DNA of 64,000 bases, taken from contig JBBRSB010000002.1 of the NCBI GenBank assembly GCA_038245785.1, forward strand, positions 192,001-256,000. Reading direction: 5' to 3'. Below, in pieces: positions 1 to 10,186 of this stretch. A program made the translations under genes and the position numbers. This DNA is from Gloeobacterales cyanobacterium (lineage in GTDB: Bacteria; Cyanobacteriota; Cyanobacteriia; Gloeobacterales; PMM-0068). The notes under the pieces were generated by a model. That model did no database searches. It worked only from the letters and a program-made list of their open reading frames with translations, and was not told the origin of the DNA. Numbering within the stretch: position 1 is the stretch's first letter; the number at the start of each line of letters is the position of its first letter.

Positions 1-60
1 CTCACTACTCTTCTCTTCAGTTCAGTATTGCCAAACGGAGATTTCGATGGAGACTCAGCG

Positions 61-966
61 ATGGCAGAATTAATCACACAGTTATTTAATGGCCTCAGCA
101 CAGGTTCAATCCTGCTTTTAGCGGCTTTGGGTTTAGCAATCACCTTTGGTCTCATGGGCGTGATCAACATGGCTCATGGAGAGCTTTTGATGGTCGGAGC
201 CTACACCACCTTCGTTTGCCAGAATCTTTTTGCTACTTATTTACCGACCTATCAAGATTGGTCTTTTGTGATTGCGCTCCCTTTGGCTTTCCTAGTCGCA
301 GGGCTTGTCGGACTTTTTTTAGAAACTACGGTGGTCCGTTTCCTCTATGGACGTCCTCTGGAGACCTTGCTGGCTACCTGGGGCGTGAGTCTGATTCTGC
401 AGCAGGCTTTCCGCAATATCTTTGGGGCGAATAATGTCGATGTCCAAAGCCCTTCCTGGCTAGAAGGGGGACTGCGCCTTGGAGAGGATTTGCAATTTCC
501 CTACCGCCGTCTTTTCATTATTTTCTTGGCCGCTCTCTGCGTTGCTGGCACCTATTGGTTTCTGAACTACTCTTCCTGGGGCTTGAAAATTCGGGCCGTC
601 ACCCAAAATCGTGAGATGAGTGCTTGCTTAGGCATTGCCACCCGTAAGGTGGATGCCTACACCTTTGCATTAGGTTCTGGCTTAGCAGGAGTTGCTGGCT
701 ATGCGGTTAGCCTTTTAGGTTCGGTGGGACCTTCTTCTGGGTTGAACTATATCGTTGATGCCTTCATGGTCGTGATTACAGGCGGAGTAGGCAAAATCTT
801 TGGTGCTGTAGTGGGTGGGTTCGCCCTTGGGGAACTCAAGACCTATCTGGAAGTGCTAACGAGTTCCAGTTTGTCTACGGCCCTAGTATTTTCTCTGATA
901 ATTCTATTTCTACAGTTCCGGCCTTCTGGGCTCTTTCCCCAAAAGGGGAGAGGAGTGGATTCTTAA
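61..966 (+). CDS. urtB: Urea ABC transporter permease UrtB
   Basis: LGLAITFGLMGVINMAHGELLMVGAY and LQFRPSGLFPQKGR motifs; first gene of a urtBCDE run; ATG at 61 preferred over TTG at 28. Confidence 0.93.
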   Translation: MAELITQLFNGLSTGSILLLAALGLAITFGLMGVINMAHGELLMVGAYTTFVCQNLFATYLPTYQDWSFVIALPLAFLVAGLVGLFLETTVVRFLYGRPLETLLATWGVSLILQQAFRNIFGANNVDVQSPSWLEGGLRLGEDLQFPYRRLFIIFLAALCVAGTYWFLNYSSWGLKIRAVTQNREMSACLGIATRKVDAYTFALGSGLAGVAGYAVSLLGSVGPSSGLNYIVDAFMVVITGGVGKIFGAVVGGFALGELKTYLEVLTSSSLSTALVFSLIILFLQFRPSGLFPQKGRGVDS

Positions 967-2091
967 ATGACTGAAACTACCAATAAGACTGTAATTAATA
1001 CTAGTACCCCATCCAAAGAATGGATTATCTTTGGCGTTTTAGGAGTGCTCCTGGTCTTAGCAGCACCGTTCTTTCTCACAGGTTTTCAGCTCAATCTGTT
1101 GGGTAAGTTCCTGGCTTTTGCCATTCTCGCCTTAGGCATGGACCTTATCTGGGGTTATACCGGAATGTTGAGCCTGGGCCACGGGGTGTTCTTCGGCCTT
1201 GGGGCCTATGCGATGGCCATGCATCTCAAACTATCCGTCGGCGATGCAGGCAATTTTGGGACCAACTTGCCGGACTTCATGTTTTGGAACGGAATCACCG
1301 AATTGCCTTGGTTCTGGCAGCCCTTTAGTAACTTTGGCTTTACCGTACTGATGGTGCTTGTGATTCCTGGTTTGTTAGCTTTTCTCTTAGGTCTGTTGAC
1401 CTTTAGAAACCGGATTAAAGGAGTCTACTTTGCGCTGTTGACCCAGGCTTTAGCCATCGTTTTTGTGACGCTGTTTATTGGGCAACAAGGCTATACCGGA
1501 GGCACGAATGGCATCACTGATTTTCGGACCCTGCTTGGTTTTGATTTGAATGCAGAAAGCACTCAAAAAGGACTGTATGTCGTAACAACCCTTTGTCTTG
1601 GAGCCAGTTATGTACTCTGCCGTTGGATTACCAAGAGTGGTTTTGGCAAAGTACTGGCAGCGATTCGGGATGATGAAGTTCGAGTCCGCTTTGCTGGCTA
1701 TGACCCCTCGGCCTTCAAAGTGCTTGTTTTCACGCTTTCAGGTTGTTTAGCAGGCTTGGCAGGAGCTTTGTTCGTTCCCCAGGTCGGCATTGTTTCGCCC
1801 TCGATGATGGGCATTGTCCCCTCGATTGAGATTGTGATTTGGGTGGCCGTTGGTGGTCGTGGAACCTTAGCAGGGGCGGTCCTGGGTGCTGTGTTAGTCA
1901 ATGCCGCCAAGAGCTTTTTGAGTGAATCCTTCCCCGATTTTTGGCTCTATCTCCAAGGAGCTTTATTCTTAGGGGTTGTACTCTTTTTGCCCAACGGAAT
2001 AGTCGGTTTGTTTCAGCAATTTATGACCAAAAAAACAGCATTAGAACCATCGGAAGAACTGGTGGTTAGTGAAGAGGGGGTTGCCAAATGA
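967..2091 (+). CDS. urtC: Urea ABC transporter permease UrtC
   Basis: DLIWGYTGMLSLGHGVFFGLGAY and LPDFMFWNG..LPWFW motifs. Confidence 0.93.
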   Translation: MTETTNKTVINTSTPSKEWIIFGVLGVLLVLAAPFFLTGFQLNLLGKFLAFAILALGMDLIWGYTGMLSLGHGVFFGLGAYAMAMHLKLSVGDAGNFGTNLPDFMFWNGITELPWFWQPFSNFGFTVLMVLVIPGLLAFLLGLLTFRNRIKGVYFALLTQALAIVFVTLFIGQQGYTGGTNGITDFRTLLGFDLNAESTQKGLYVVTTLCLGASYVLCRWITKSGFGKVLAAIRDDEVRVRFAGYDPSAFKVLVFTLSGCLAGLAGALFVPQVGIVSPSMMGIVPSIEIVIWVAVGGRGTLAGAVLGAVLVNAAKSFLSESFPDFWLYLQGALFLGVVLFLPNGIVGLFQQFMTKKTALEPSEELVVSEEGVAK

Positions 2092-2846
2092 CAGCACTTT
2101 TAGAAATCAAAGATGTTACCGTCGATTTTGATGGCTTTAAAGCTCTTAATCAGCTCAATTTCTCCATGGCCCCCGGCGAACTGAGGGTTGTCATCGGCCC
2201 AAACGGAGCGGGAAAAACCACTTTTCTGGATGTAATAACGGGCAGAGTACAACCGACTACGGGCAAGGTTAATTTCAAGGGAAACAACCTCGCCAAGAAG
2301 TCTTCAGAACACCAGATTGTCAATTTAGGCATTGGGCGCAAGTTCCAGACACCACGGGTTTTTACGAACCTGACGGTCACAGAGAATTTAGGGCTTTCGC
2401 TCAAACGAGCAAAAGGAATTTTCAAAGTTCTCTTCAACCCCCTGTCTACGGACAACCTCACCCGTATCCAAAACATCCTGGAACGGGTGGGTTTAGCCAG
2501 CAAAGCTCAATCTCAGGCTGGTTTGCTCTCCCACGGCGAAAAGCAATCTCTGGAAATTGGCATGTTGATTGCCCAAGATCCAGACCTATTGCTTCTCGAC
2601 GAACCTGTAGCCGGGTTAACAGACCGCGAAACCGAAAAAACGGCTGAATTGCTCAAGGACTTAAATCAGGACCATTCGATTATCGTCATTGAGCACGATA
2701 TGGCCTTTGTGCGAGAAATTGCTTCTACGGTTTCGGTGCTGCATCAAGGATCTTTGCTCTGTGAGGGCTCGGTCCAAGAAGTGCAGAATGACCCCAAGGT
2801 TATCGAAGTCTATCTCGGTTATCCAGAGGGGGCCGTTCATGCTTGA
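2088..2846 (+). CDS. urtD: Urea ABC transporter ATP-binding protein UrtD
   Basis: Walker A GPNGAGKT, GIGRKFQTP, LSHGEKQ, LLLLDEP. Confidence 0.93.
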   Translation: MTALLEIKDVTVDFDGFKALNQLNFSMAPGELRVVIGPNGAGKTTFLDVITGRVQPTTGKVNFKGNNLAKKSSEHQIVNLGIGRKFQTPRVFTNLTVTENLGLSLKRAKGIFKVLFNPLSTDNLTRIQNILERVGLASKAQSQAGLLSHGEKQSLEIGMLIAQDPDLLLLDEPVAGLTDRETEKTAELLKDLNQDHSIIVIEHDMAFVREIASTVSVLHQGSLLCEGSVQEVQNDPKVIEVYLGYPEGAVHA

Positions 2847-3543
2847 AGTAGAAAACCTGGATGTCTACTACGGGCAGAGTTATATCCTCAGGAACGTGGG
2901 CCTAGAAATTGCTCAGGGCTCTATGGTCAGTTTGATTGGCCGCAATGGGGTAGGCAAAACTACCCTGCTCAAAAGCATTATTGGTCTCTTGAAGCCTAAA
3001 AAAGGCCGGATTGCCCTTACAGGCAAAGACCTGACTCAAGCGCCTCCCGACGAACGCTCTAAAAGCGGTATCGCCTATGTTCCCCAAGGGCGGGAGATCT
3101 TCTCTGGGCTTTCGGTCTATGAAAATTTGCTTCTGGGCTTAGAAGCTGCCCCGAAAAAAAAGGGGGATGGCAATGCCCGCCTGGAAACGATTTATGGACT
3201 TTTCCCCGTACTCAAGACGATGGCTAAACGCCGGGGGGGAGACCTAAGTGGTGGTCAGCAACAACAACTAGCCATCGGTCGGGCCCTGATGTCCGAACCC
3301 AAGCTTCTGCTTCTGGATGAACCGACGGAAGGGATTCAGCCTTCCATCGTTCAGGAGATTGAAGAGACCCTGGGCCGGATTAACCGTGAGCAAGGACTGA
3401 CGATTTTGTTCGTAGAGCAAAATTTGGAATTTGTTCGTCGGCTAGCTCAGCAATTTCATGTCATGGAAAAAGGTCGTTTAGTTGCCAGTGGAGCTATCCA
3501 AGAACTCCAGCAAGACCTGGTAGCTCGCTATCTGACGGTATAA
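2839..3543 (+). CDS. urtE: Urea ABC transporter ATP-binding protein UrtE
   Basis: GRNGVGKT, LSGGQQQQLAIGRAL, LDEPTEGIQPSI; ATG at 2839 overlaps the urtD end. Confidence 0.93.
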   Translation: MLEVENLDVYYGQSYILRNVGLEIAQGSMVSLIGRNGVGKTTLLKSIIGLLKPKKGRIALTGKDLTQAPPDERSKSGIAYVPQGREIFSGLSVYENLLLGLEAAPKKKGDGNARLETIYGLFPVLKTMAKRRGGDLSGGQQQQLAIGRALMSEPKLLLLDEPTEGIQPSIVQEIEETLGRINREQGLTILFVEQNLEFVRRLAQQFHVMEKGRLVASGAIQELQQDLVARYLTV

Positions 3544-3697
3544 GACGCTCAAGAACGGTCGAGAAAGGCCTAAAACTGTCCTCCATGAACTACAGCGCCA
3601 TAAATCTGCCGTTAATGTACTGATTAGGCGTATTTAACCTAACGTTAAGGTCCGGAAATTCTGTGCCTTTTCTTTCTGTGAAGGAGTGTGTGATCTC

Positions 3698-5341
3698 ATG
3701 AAACTGTCCATAGCCCAAACCCTAACGGTCGCCACAGCGCTTTTGTTAGGAACTGTTACCCAAGCTCGCGCCGTGCCTGACACCTCTGTCTCTGGCATGT
3801 TGAATAATTCCTCCACGGCTCAAGTCAGTTCTGTTGCTGAACTAAGCGACGTGGACCCCAATAACTGGGCGTTCCAAGCGCTTAAATCGCTGGTGGAACG
3901 CTATGGCTGTATCGAAGGCTATCCAAGTAAGAAGTATCTCGGTAATCGCCCCTTGAGCCGCTATGAGTTCGCCGCAGGCTTAAACGCTTGCTTAGACAAA
4001 ATCGGTGAACAAATTGCAGCTGCTACCAGTAACTCAGCGACTAAAGACGATTTGGCAGCGATTCAGCGCTTACAAGAAGAATTTAAAACTGAGTTGGCGA
4101 CTTTGAGAGGCCGTACCGATGCTTTAGAAGCGAAGGTCAAAGAACTGGAAGCCCATCAGTTCTCTACTACGACTAAGTTAGATGGTTCTGCCGTCTTTAA
4201 CATCACAGGCGGTAGTGCTGGCGGCAGTAATGTTGTATCCAATCCCTTTAGCACAGCGGCTGGAACCATCACTCCAGGCAATTCTGCAAATACGACCTTT
4301 ACGGGACGGACTACCCTCAACTTCCGAACCTCTTTTACAGGCAAAGACCAACTGCGGATTCGATTCCGGGGCTTCACGGGAGAGGACATCTCAGGAACTT
4401 TAGGAGCTGGCACAGGGGTCGGTACCCTATTCACTTCTGGGTCTGGAAACCCGACGAATGGCCTTACGATCCCGGCCTTTGACAAGGTGTACTACACAAC
4501 GCCTATCTTCGCGGACAACGTGCGCATATGGGTAGGTCCCAATCTCCAGGGAATTGACATCATCGATGGCAACCGTTTTGCGGGTGGAGATGATGAAAAT
4601 ACTTTCTCTACGGTCATGCATAGCTATAGCCCCTTGCTTTCGGGTATTGTCCACAGTGGACCAGGAGGTGCTTTTGATTGGAAAATCGGCGACCAGTTTA
4701 GTTTCCGTGGACTTTACATAGCGCGCAACGGCGGCCAATCCTTCGGCTTTGGCAGTGGTGGCCTGACAGGGGGAACCACCAAGCTATCCGGTGAATTGGA
4801 GTTTAAACCTTCTCCTGATGCTGCGATTCGCTTGGAGTATGCCTTTATCAATGTTCAAGCCACCGATAGCGGTACGATCTTTGGCGGTGGTACCAATGCG
4901 GTTCTTGTCGGTACGAACCCCACATTCGCTTCTGTAGGCGCACCGGGTGCAGTTAATGCCCAAACAAACGTCTTTGGGGTGAACGCAGACTGGGCAATTA
5001 CGCCTTCCGTCGGGATCTTTGGACGATTTGCCACGGGAGAGACGAGAATCACAGGCACGGGCAATGTGACCAGCAACAGCTATCACGTTGGTTTCTCCTT
5101 CCCGGACCTGTTTGCCAAAGGGAATCTGGCTGGAGTAGCCTATGGTCAGCCGATTCGGATTACGGGCAGTCCTGTAGGAGCTGATTCTGGAACTGAGAAT
5201 GACTTGGAGCTGTTCTATCGTATTCAGATCAATCCCCGTCTCTCAATTACTCCAGACCTCCAGTTCTACTTCACGCCTGGAAGTGTCGCAGGCAACCCAA
5301 CGATTACCGTTGGAACCCTACGTGCTTCTTATCAGTTCTAG
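3698..5341 (+). CDS. Cyanobacterial outer-membrane porin (SLH + OprB-type, iron uptake porin family)
   Basis: Signal peptide; LSDVDPNNWAFQALKSLVERYGCIEGYP SLH domain; FSTTTKL; C-terminal GTLRASYQF. Confidence 0.92.
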   Translation: MKLSIAQTLTVATALLLGTVTQARAVPDTSVSGMLNNSSTAQVSSVAELSDVDPNNWAFQALKSLVERYGCIEGYPSKKYLGNRPLSRYEFAAGLNACLDKIGEQIAAATSNSATKDDLAAIQRLQEEFKTELATLRGRTDALEAKVKELEAHQFSTTTKLDGSAVFNITGGSAGGSNVVSNPFSTAAGTITPGNSANTTFTGRTTLNFRTSFTGKDQLRIRFRGFTGEDISGTLGAGTGVGTLFTSGSGNPTNGLTIPAFDKVYYTTPIFADNVRIWVGPNLQGIDIIDGNRFAGGDDENTFSTVMHSYSPLLSGIVHSGPGGAFDWKIGDQFSFRGLYIARNGGQSFGFGSGGLTGGTTKLSGELEFKPSPDAAIRLEYAFINVQATDSGTIFGGGTNAVLVGTNPTFASVGAPGAVNAQTNVFGVNADWAITPSVGIFGRFATGETRITGTGNVTSNSYHVGFSFPDLFAKGNLAGVAYGQPIRITGSPVGADSGTENDLELFYRIQINPRLSITPDLQFYFTPGSVAGNPTITVGTLRASYQF

Positions 5342-5362
5342 GAGAGCTGAGATTCAGTCAGC

Positions 5363-5437
5363 GATCCCCCCAGGCTCACAAGAACTCTAATTCTTTAAGG
5401 GCTTTGCCCTCCTTATTAAGGGGGGTGCGGGGGGATC
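5363..5437. repeat. REP/MITE-like palindromic intergenic element
   Basis: Terminal inverted repeat GATCCCCCC...GGGGGGATC enclosing the hairpin CCCTCCTTATTAAGGGGGG, between convergent genes. Confidence 0.55.
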
Positions 5438-5443
5438 TCGCCT

Positions 5444-5884
5444 TCAATTCTGACTGAAATCCCGAAGCATTTTCTTTAGCTCCATACCATGCAGTTCTTC
5501 CTGACCAATCATCGAACGGGCAAATTCTTCCAGATAGATGCTGGCATCGGTAACCACGGCAAGCAAACTTTTATACAGTCCTAAGGCAGCCGTTTCATGA
5601 TTGAGACTCTCTAGCAAAATGTCATAAATGGAGTGCTTATGGGTCTCTTCAATTGGCGCGATGCACAAACTTGGATGTCCTTCTAATCCAGTCAGGATTT
5701 CACCCACCTGTTGGGCATGGAGCAAGGACTCGCTGGCCTGAGCTTTCAAAAACTGGACAATCGGAATTCGATTCGGCCCTGTAACCATTAGAGAGTAATG
5801 CGTGTAACGCACCACCCCGGAAAGTTCTGCTTCCATAATTGCATTGAGCAAATGGTTCGTCTTTTCAACATCGAGTTCTTTCAT
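5444..5884 (-). CDS. Ferritin-like / bacterioferritin-family protein
   Basis: Di-iron-type motifs E..(ESLLH)..E..(EELH) in a 146-aa four-helix protein. Confidence 0.85.
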   Translation of the reverse strand: MKELDVEKTNHLLNAIMEAELSGVVRYTHYSLMVTGPNRIPIVQFLKAQASESLLHAQQVGEILTGLEGHPSLCIAPIEETHKHSIYDILLESLNHETAALGLYKSLLAVVTDASIYLEEFARSMIGQEELHGMELKKMLRDFSQN

Positions 5885-6127
5885 GAATACCTAAAGCCTG
5901 AAAAGTTTGAAATAACGGAGAGAAACAGGATACCGCTGAACTTACTCAATATCTAAGCTTCGTAGGAGAGATTGCCCTAAGTATTTTCCCGTATCAATAC
6001 CCCTGATAGTGCAAAATAGTACCCGCCCCGGCAGCAAACCCAGACCCGGAAAGCTAGCTGCCTGCAGAAAACGATCATTCATGGCAACGCTGAAGGCTCT
6101 TACAAGCTTACAAGAGTATGGCAGAAT

Positions 6128-6144
6128 TTGAGAATTAGTGTCAA
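6128..6144. promoter_or_regulatory. Putative Fur box
   Basis: TTGAGAATTAGTGTCAA resembles the AT-rich TGAGAAT-N-ATTCTCA Fur consensus; lies between the ferritin-like gene and flavodoxin. Confidence 0.55.
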
Positions 6145-6185
6145 TAGTAGATTGCTCATTCTAGCTAGAACAGAGGAGAACTTGC

Positions 6186-6254
6186 TTGACAAATTTAGAA
6201 GTTGGTCTTTATACTCCCTAGTTATTGCAAGTAATTCTCATTAAGTGAGAATTA
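6186..6254 (+). promoter_or_regulatory. Sigma70 promoter with overlapping Fur-like operator
   Basis: TTGACA (6186-6191), 18-nt spacer, TATACT (6210-6215); then ATTGCAAGTAATTCTCATT and the inverted repeat TAATTCTCA-ttaag-TGAGAATTA (6232-6254). Confidence 0.7.
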
Positions 6255-6281
6255 TGCACTCCAGGATGAGGAAACCGAACC

Positions 6282-6401
6282 ATGTATTCATTTGGCAAGC
6301 TTTTGCCCCTACGCCTTAGTCTGGCCTCTGTGATTGTAGTCGGGGGCAATATGACTTGTACCGTAGTCTTCTTTCTGACGGCGTTTCGGTGGCTGCCATA
6401 G
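6282..6401 (+). CDS. Putative 39-aa hydrophobic small protein
   Basis: ATG preceded by GAGG; MYSFGKLLPLRLSLASVIVVGGNMTCTVVFFLTAFRWLP; below the ORF-track length cutoff. Confidence 0.35.
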   Translation: MYSFGKLLPLRLSLASVIVVGGNMTCTVVFFLTAFRWLP

Positions 6402-6517
6402 ACAGCCGCGACCGGATCTATCAACAAACCGCTGGTTGTTGAGTATTACGCATGCCGAATCTAAATTTTGTCACCTATCTACTCAGTCTACTTTTTCAAG
6501 TTTTACAGGAGAACATC

Positions 6518-7024
6518 ATGTCCATCGGTCTTTTCTACGGAACCACAACAGGTAAAACTTCAGATGTCGCTGAGATAATCCGCGAGGAATTCGCCCCCAA
6601 CTTGGTCAAGCTTCATGATATTTCCTCATCGCAGGCCACCGATTTGAGTGGGTATCAGCACTTAATTATCGGTTGTCCGACCTGGAATATTGGCGAGTTG
6701 CAAAGTGATTGGGATGATTTTCTTCCAAAGCTAGACAGTATCGATTTCTCTGGAAAAAAGGTCGCCTACTTCGGCACAGGTGATCAGGTTGGTTATAGTG
6801 AAAACTTTCAGGATGCCATGGGCATTTTGGAAGAGAAAATTTCAGGCCGGGGGGGTGTTACTATCGGATTTTGGCCGACCCAAGGCTATGAGCACAGTGC
6901 TTCTAAAGCGGTAAAGAATGGCAAATTCATTGGGCTCGCTATCGATGAAGATAATCAACCGGAGCTAACGCAACAGCGCATTAAAGAATGGGTTGCACAA
7001 CTAAAAAAAGATTTTAGTCTTTAA
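6518..7024 (+). CDS. isiB: Flavodoxin (long-chain)
   Basis: IGLFYGTTTGKT, GCPTWNIGELQSDW, GDQVGYSENFQDAMG, GLAIDEDNQ; RBS AGGAG before ATG 6518. Confidence 0.95.
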   Translation: MSIGLFYGTTTGKTSDVAEIIREEFAPNLVKLHDISSSQATDLSGYQHLIIGCPTWNIGELQSDWDDFLPKLDSIDFSGKKVAYFGTGDQVGYSENFQDAMGILEEKISGRGGVTIGFWPTQGYEHSASKAVKNGKFIGLAIDEDNQPELTQQRIKEWVAQLKKDFSL

Positions 7025-7044
7025 GCTCATCGGAGAATAGCACT

Positions 7045-7368
7045 TTGTTACTAGCTAAAGACTTTAAACAATTCGAGACAGCCAACACCCAGATTATCAG
7101 TGGCTATGTCTGGAGTTATCTTTCCGAATTAGATGTGATGCCCCAAGTATTACCGTTAGTGCGTTGTCATGACCACTGGCTTGTTCACTTCGCCCGCCAT
7201 CCAGGACAAATGGAATATTGGCGCGGGTTAGGTTGGGCAAAAGCTGTCAAGATCCCTTTCTCTATTCGTAATGCCTGTCTCTCCGTTAAGCACGATTTCC
7301 CTGAGGCAGGTTTTTGGAAAGCTGAGGACATAGATCGAACACATCCAATCGGAGAAATACGCTTATGA
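7045..7368 (+). CDS. Hypothetical protein
   Basis: TTG start after GGAG; stop overlaps the next ATG (ATGA), so likely in the operon. Confidence 0.6.
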   Translation: MLLAKDFKQFETANTQIISGYVWSYLSELDVMPQVLPLVRCHDHWLVHFARHPGQMEYWRGLGWAKAVKIPFSIRNACLSVKHDFPEAGFWKAEDIDRTHPIGEIRL

Positions 7369-8054
7369 ATCGCATTCCCACTAATGCTTGTACGTCTTGC
7401 GCTGGTTGTACAAATAGTAATAAATCAGCCTGTTCCCTTGCTCGCCAACCCACTCCTGGATATAGATTATTCGGACGTCGCAGCAAGATACCGATGGAAC
7501 CCGGCAGTCTATGGAAAATCGATACGGGTATTGTCCGTGCTTCGACTTGGAATGGAGATGGCACTGTGAATACGCTTGGCTTTTGGGGCCCAGGTGGACT
7601 GATCAGTTGTTCTTTGAAGGGAGGCGAGCCATTCTTTGTTGAGTGCTTGACTTCGGTTTCTGCAAAGTCGCTTCCCCCGGATTCCTGGCCCCACTGTACC
7701 AACGCACTTATGCTCCAGATGCAAGAGAATTGCGAATATGTAGAAGTTGTTGGGTGTCGTCGGGTGCCAATTTCTTTAGCAAGACTTTTTAAGTGGCTAG
7801 CTAAACGTTTTGGTTGCCTGACCGAGCAGGGATACTTGCTCGATATGCAACTAACCCATCAGGATCTAGCCGACGCGGTCGGGTCAACCCGCGTCACTGT
7901 CACACGGACGCTCAAGGATCTTGAACAACAGGGGATCTGTCGACGTATTGCCCGAGGCCGCTTTCTTGTTGCTCCTTCAACGCTCGACATCAGGCCCCAT
8001 ACTGCTCTGTCCCTGGGTACGCCGCGAACTGAATTATCTTCTCTTCTGGTTTAA
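7365..8054 (+). CDS. Crp/Fnr-family transcriptional regulator
   Basis: HTH LTHQDLADAVGSTRVTVTRTL; degenerate cNMP-like domain LGFWGPG; N-terminal Cys cluster. Confidence 0.88.
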   Translation: MNRIPTNACTSCAGCTNSNKSACSLARQPTPGYRLFGRRSKIPMEPGSLWKIDTGIVRASTWNGDGTVNTLGFWGPGGLISCSLKGGEPFFVECLTSVSAKSLPPDSWPHCTNALMLQMQENCEYVEVVGCRRVPISLARLFKWLAKRFGCLTEQGYLLDMQLTHQDLADAVGSTRVTVTRTLKDLEQQGICRRIARGRFLVAPSTLDIRPHTALSLGTPRTELSSLLV

Positions 8055-8076
8055 CGGATTTCTTCTAGTGAGCAAC

Positions 8077-8106
8077 AAAAAAGGCGACCTTAAGGCCGCC
8101 TTTTTT
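8077..8106. terminator. Bidirectional intrinsic terminator
   Basis: AAAAAAGGCGACCTTAAGGCCGCCTTTTTT between convergent genes. Confidence 0.8.
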
Positions 8107-8121
8107 AGTCAACTTAGGCTT

Positions 8122-10128
8122 TTATTCTAAAAGGGCCTTAGCCGTCGCGCAGACGTTGTCTATCGTGAAGCCGAACTCTTCCATACACTTAGGCCCAGGA
8201 GCCGAAGCACCAAAGGTTTCAATGCTGACATGAGCCTTGGCGTAGCGCTGCCAACCAAAGTTGGTCGCTGCCTCAATCGACACCCGATTCGTGACCGCAG
8301 GAGGAAGGACGGAATCTTTGTAGGCTTGAGATTGCTCTTCAAAAATCTCCCAGCAAGGCATCGATACCACACGCACTTTAGTGCCTTCAGCACTCAGTTT
8401 TTTCGCAGCATCGACGGCTAGAGAAACTTCAGAACCAGTAGCAATCAAAATCAGGTCAGGCGTTCCCTTACTGTCTAATAAAGTGTAAGCACCCTTCGCT
8501 ACTGCCTCGACAGAAGAGCCTTCCAAGTTGGGCAGATTCTGACGGGTAAGAATCAAAGAGGTGGGCATGTCACGACGTTCAATCGCAATTTTCCAGGCCC
8601 CAGAAGTCTCATTGCCATCTGCAGGACGAATGACTAGCATGCCAGGCATCACCCGCAAGGAAGCAATCGTTTCGACAGGCTGGTGGGTAGGACCATCTTC
8701 TCCCAGAGCAATTGAGTCATGGGTCAGGATGTAGGGAACACCAATACCGGCCAAGGAAGAAATGCGCATCGAGCCACGCATATAATCCGCGAAGACCAAG
8801 AAGGTTGCACCGTAGGGAATTACGCCTTTGTGGAGCACCATGCCATTGAGGATAGAACCCATACCATGCTCACGCACTCCATAGCGGAGGTTGCGTCCTT
8901 CATAGGAGCTCTTTTGATAATCAGGAAGTCCTTTGAGGTAGGTCATGTTGGAGTGAGCGAGGTCAGCCGACCCTCCCATTAGTTCTGGCATCACTTTCGA
9001 AAGAGCATTGAGCACGATCCCAGAGTGATTACGGGTGGAATTGCCTTTATCTGCTGCGGTGTAGGAAGGCAGCGCTTTCTCCCAATCCTTGGGCAGCGTA
9101 GTAGAAGTGAAACGTTCATATTCGGCGGCGAGTTCTGGATATTCAGCTTTGTAGCCTTCAAATAGCTTGTTCCAAGCCGCTTCAGCCTCTGGGCCTTTCT
9201 CAACACATTTGCGGAACTCGGCCAAAGCTTCATCGGGTACATGGAACTTTGGTTCTACAGGCCAACCCAAATTCTCTTTGGTCAAACGGACTTCATCTTC
9301 TCCCAGTGCAGCCCCGTGCACCCCTTCTGTACCTTGCTTATTGGGAGAACCAAAGCCAATTGTGGTCCGAATCTTGATCATGCTGGGTTTGTCTTTGACG
9401 GCCTTAGCAGCAGAAATCGCTTTCTCGATAGCCGCTAAATCAGTGTTGCCATCGGCGACGATCTGTACATGCCAGCCGTAGGCTTCATAGCGCTTAGCAA
9501 CATCTTCGGTGAAGGCCAAATCTGTGGAACCATCGATGGAAATGTGGTTATCGTCATAGAGCATGATTAGCTTGCCGAGGCCCAAGTGACCTGCAAGAGA
9601 CGCTGCTTCTGAAGCGACCCCTTCCATATTGCAACCATCACCCAAAATGACATAGGTGTAGTGGTCCACAATCGGGAAACCAGGCTTGTTGAAGCGAGCT
9701 GCTAAATGAGCTTCGACCATCGCCATCCCAACGGCATTACCGACCCCTTGTCCCAAAGGCCCAGTGGTGGTTTCAATCCCACTGGTCATGAAGTTTTCGG
9801 GGTGGCCTGGAGTTTTGGAACCCCATTGACGGAATTGTTGTAGCTGCTCCATGGGCAGACCATAGCCCGTCAAATGCAGCAGAGAGTACAAGAGCATCGA
9901 ACCGTGGCCGGCCGAGAGCACAAAGCGGTCCCGGTCTACCCATGTATGATTCTTGGGATTGTGCTTCAAAAGTTTGGTCCAGAGGACGTAGGCCATAGGC
10001 GCACAGCCCATAGGGAGACCAGGGTGGCCGGAGTTTGCCTTTTGAACTGCATCAACCGACAGAAAGCGGATGGAGTTGATGCATAGTTCATCTAAGCGGG
10101 TCATTTTGCGTTCGAGGGTTCCAGTCAT
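8122..10128 (-). CDS. tkt: Transketolase
   Basis: [42 protein letters not shown]. Confidence 0.97.
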   Translation of the reverse strand: MTGTLERKMTRLDELCINSIRFLSVDAVQKANSGHPGLPMGCAPMAYVLWTKLLKHNPKNHTWVDRDRFVLSAGHGSMLLYSLLHLTGYGLPMEQLQQFRQWGSKTPGHPENFMTSGIETTTGPLGQGVGNAVGMAMVEAHLAARFNKPGFPIVDHYTYVILGDGCNMEGVASEAASLAGHLGLGKLIMLYDDNHISIDGSTDLAFTEDVAKRYEAYGWHVQIVADGNTDLAAIEKAISAAKAVKDKPSMIKIRTTIGFGSPNKQGTEGVHGAALGEDEVRLTKENLGWPVEPKFHVPDEALAEFRKCVEKGPEAEAAWNKLFEGYKAEYPELAAEYERFTSTTLPKDWEKALPSYTAADKGNSTRNHSGIVLNALSKVMPELMGGSADLAHSNMTYLKGLPDYQKSSYEGRNLRYGVREHGMGSILNGMVLHKGVIPYGATFLVFADYMRGSMRISSLAGIGVPYILTHDSIALGEDGPTHQPVETIASLRVMPGMLVIRPADGNETSGAWKIAIERRDMPTSLILTRQNLPNLEGSSVEAVAKGAYTLLDSKGTPDLILIATGSEVSLAVDAAKKLSAEGTKVRVVSMPCWEIFEEQSQAYKDSVLPPAVTNRVSIEAATNFGWQRYAKAHVSIETFGASAPGPKCMEEFGFTIDNVCATAKALLE

Positions 10129-10186
10129 GCGGAGTTCCTTATCCTTAAAGTGGGAGACGTTTGAGACGAGAACAAAAGTGGAAGGA

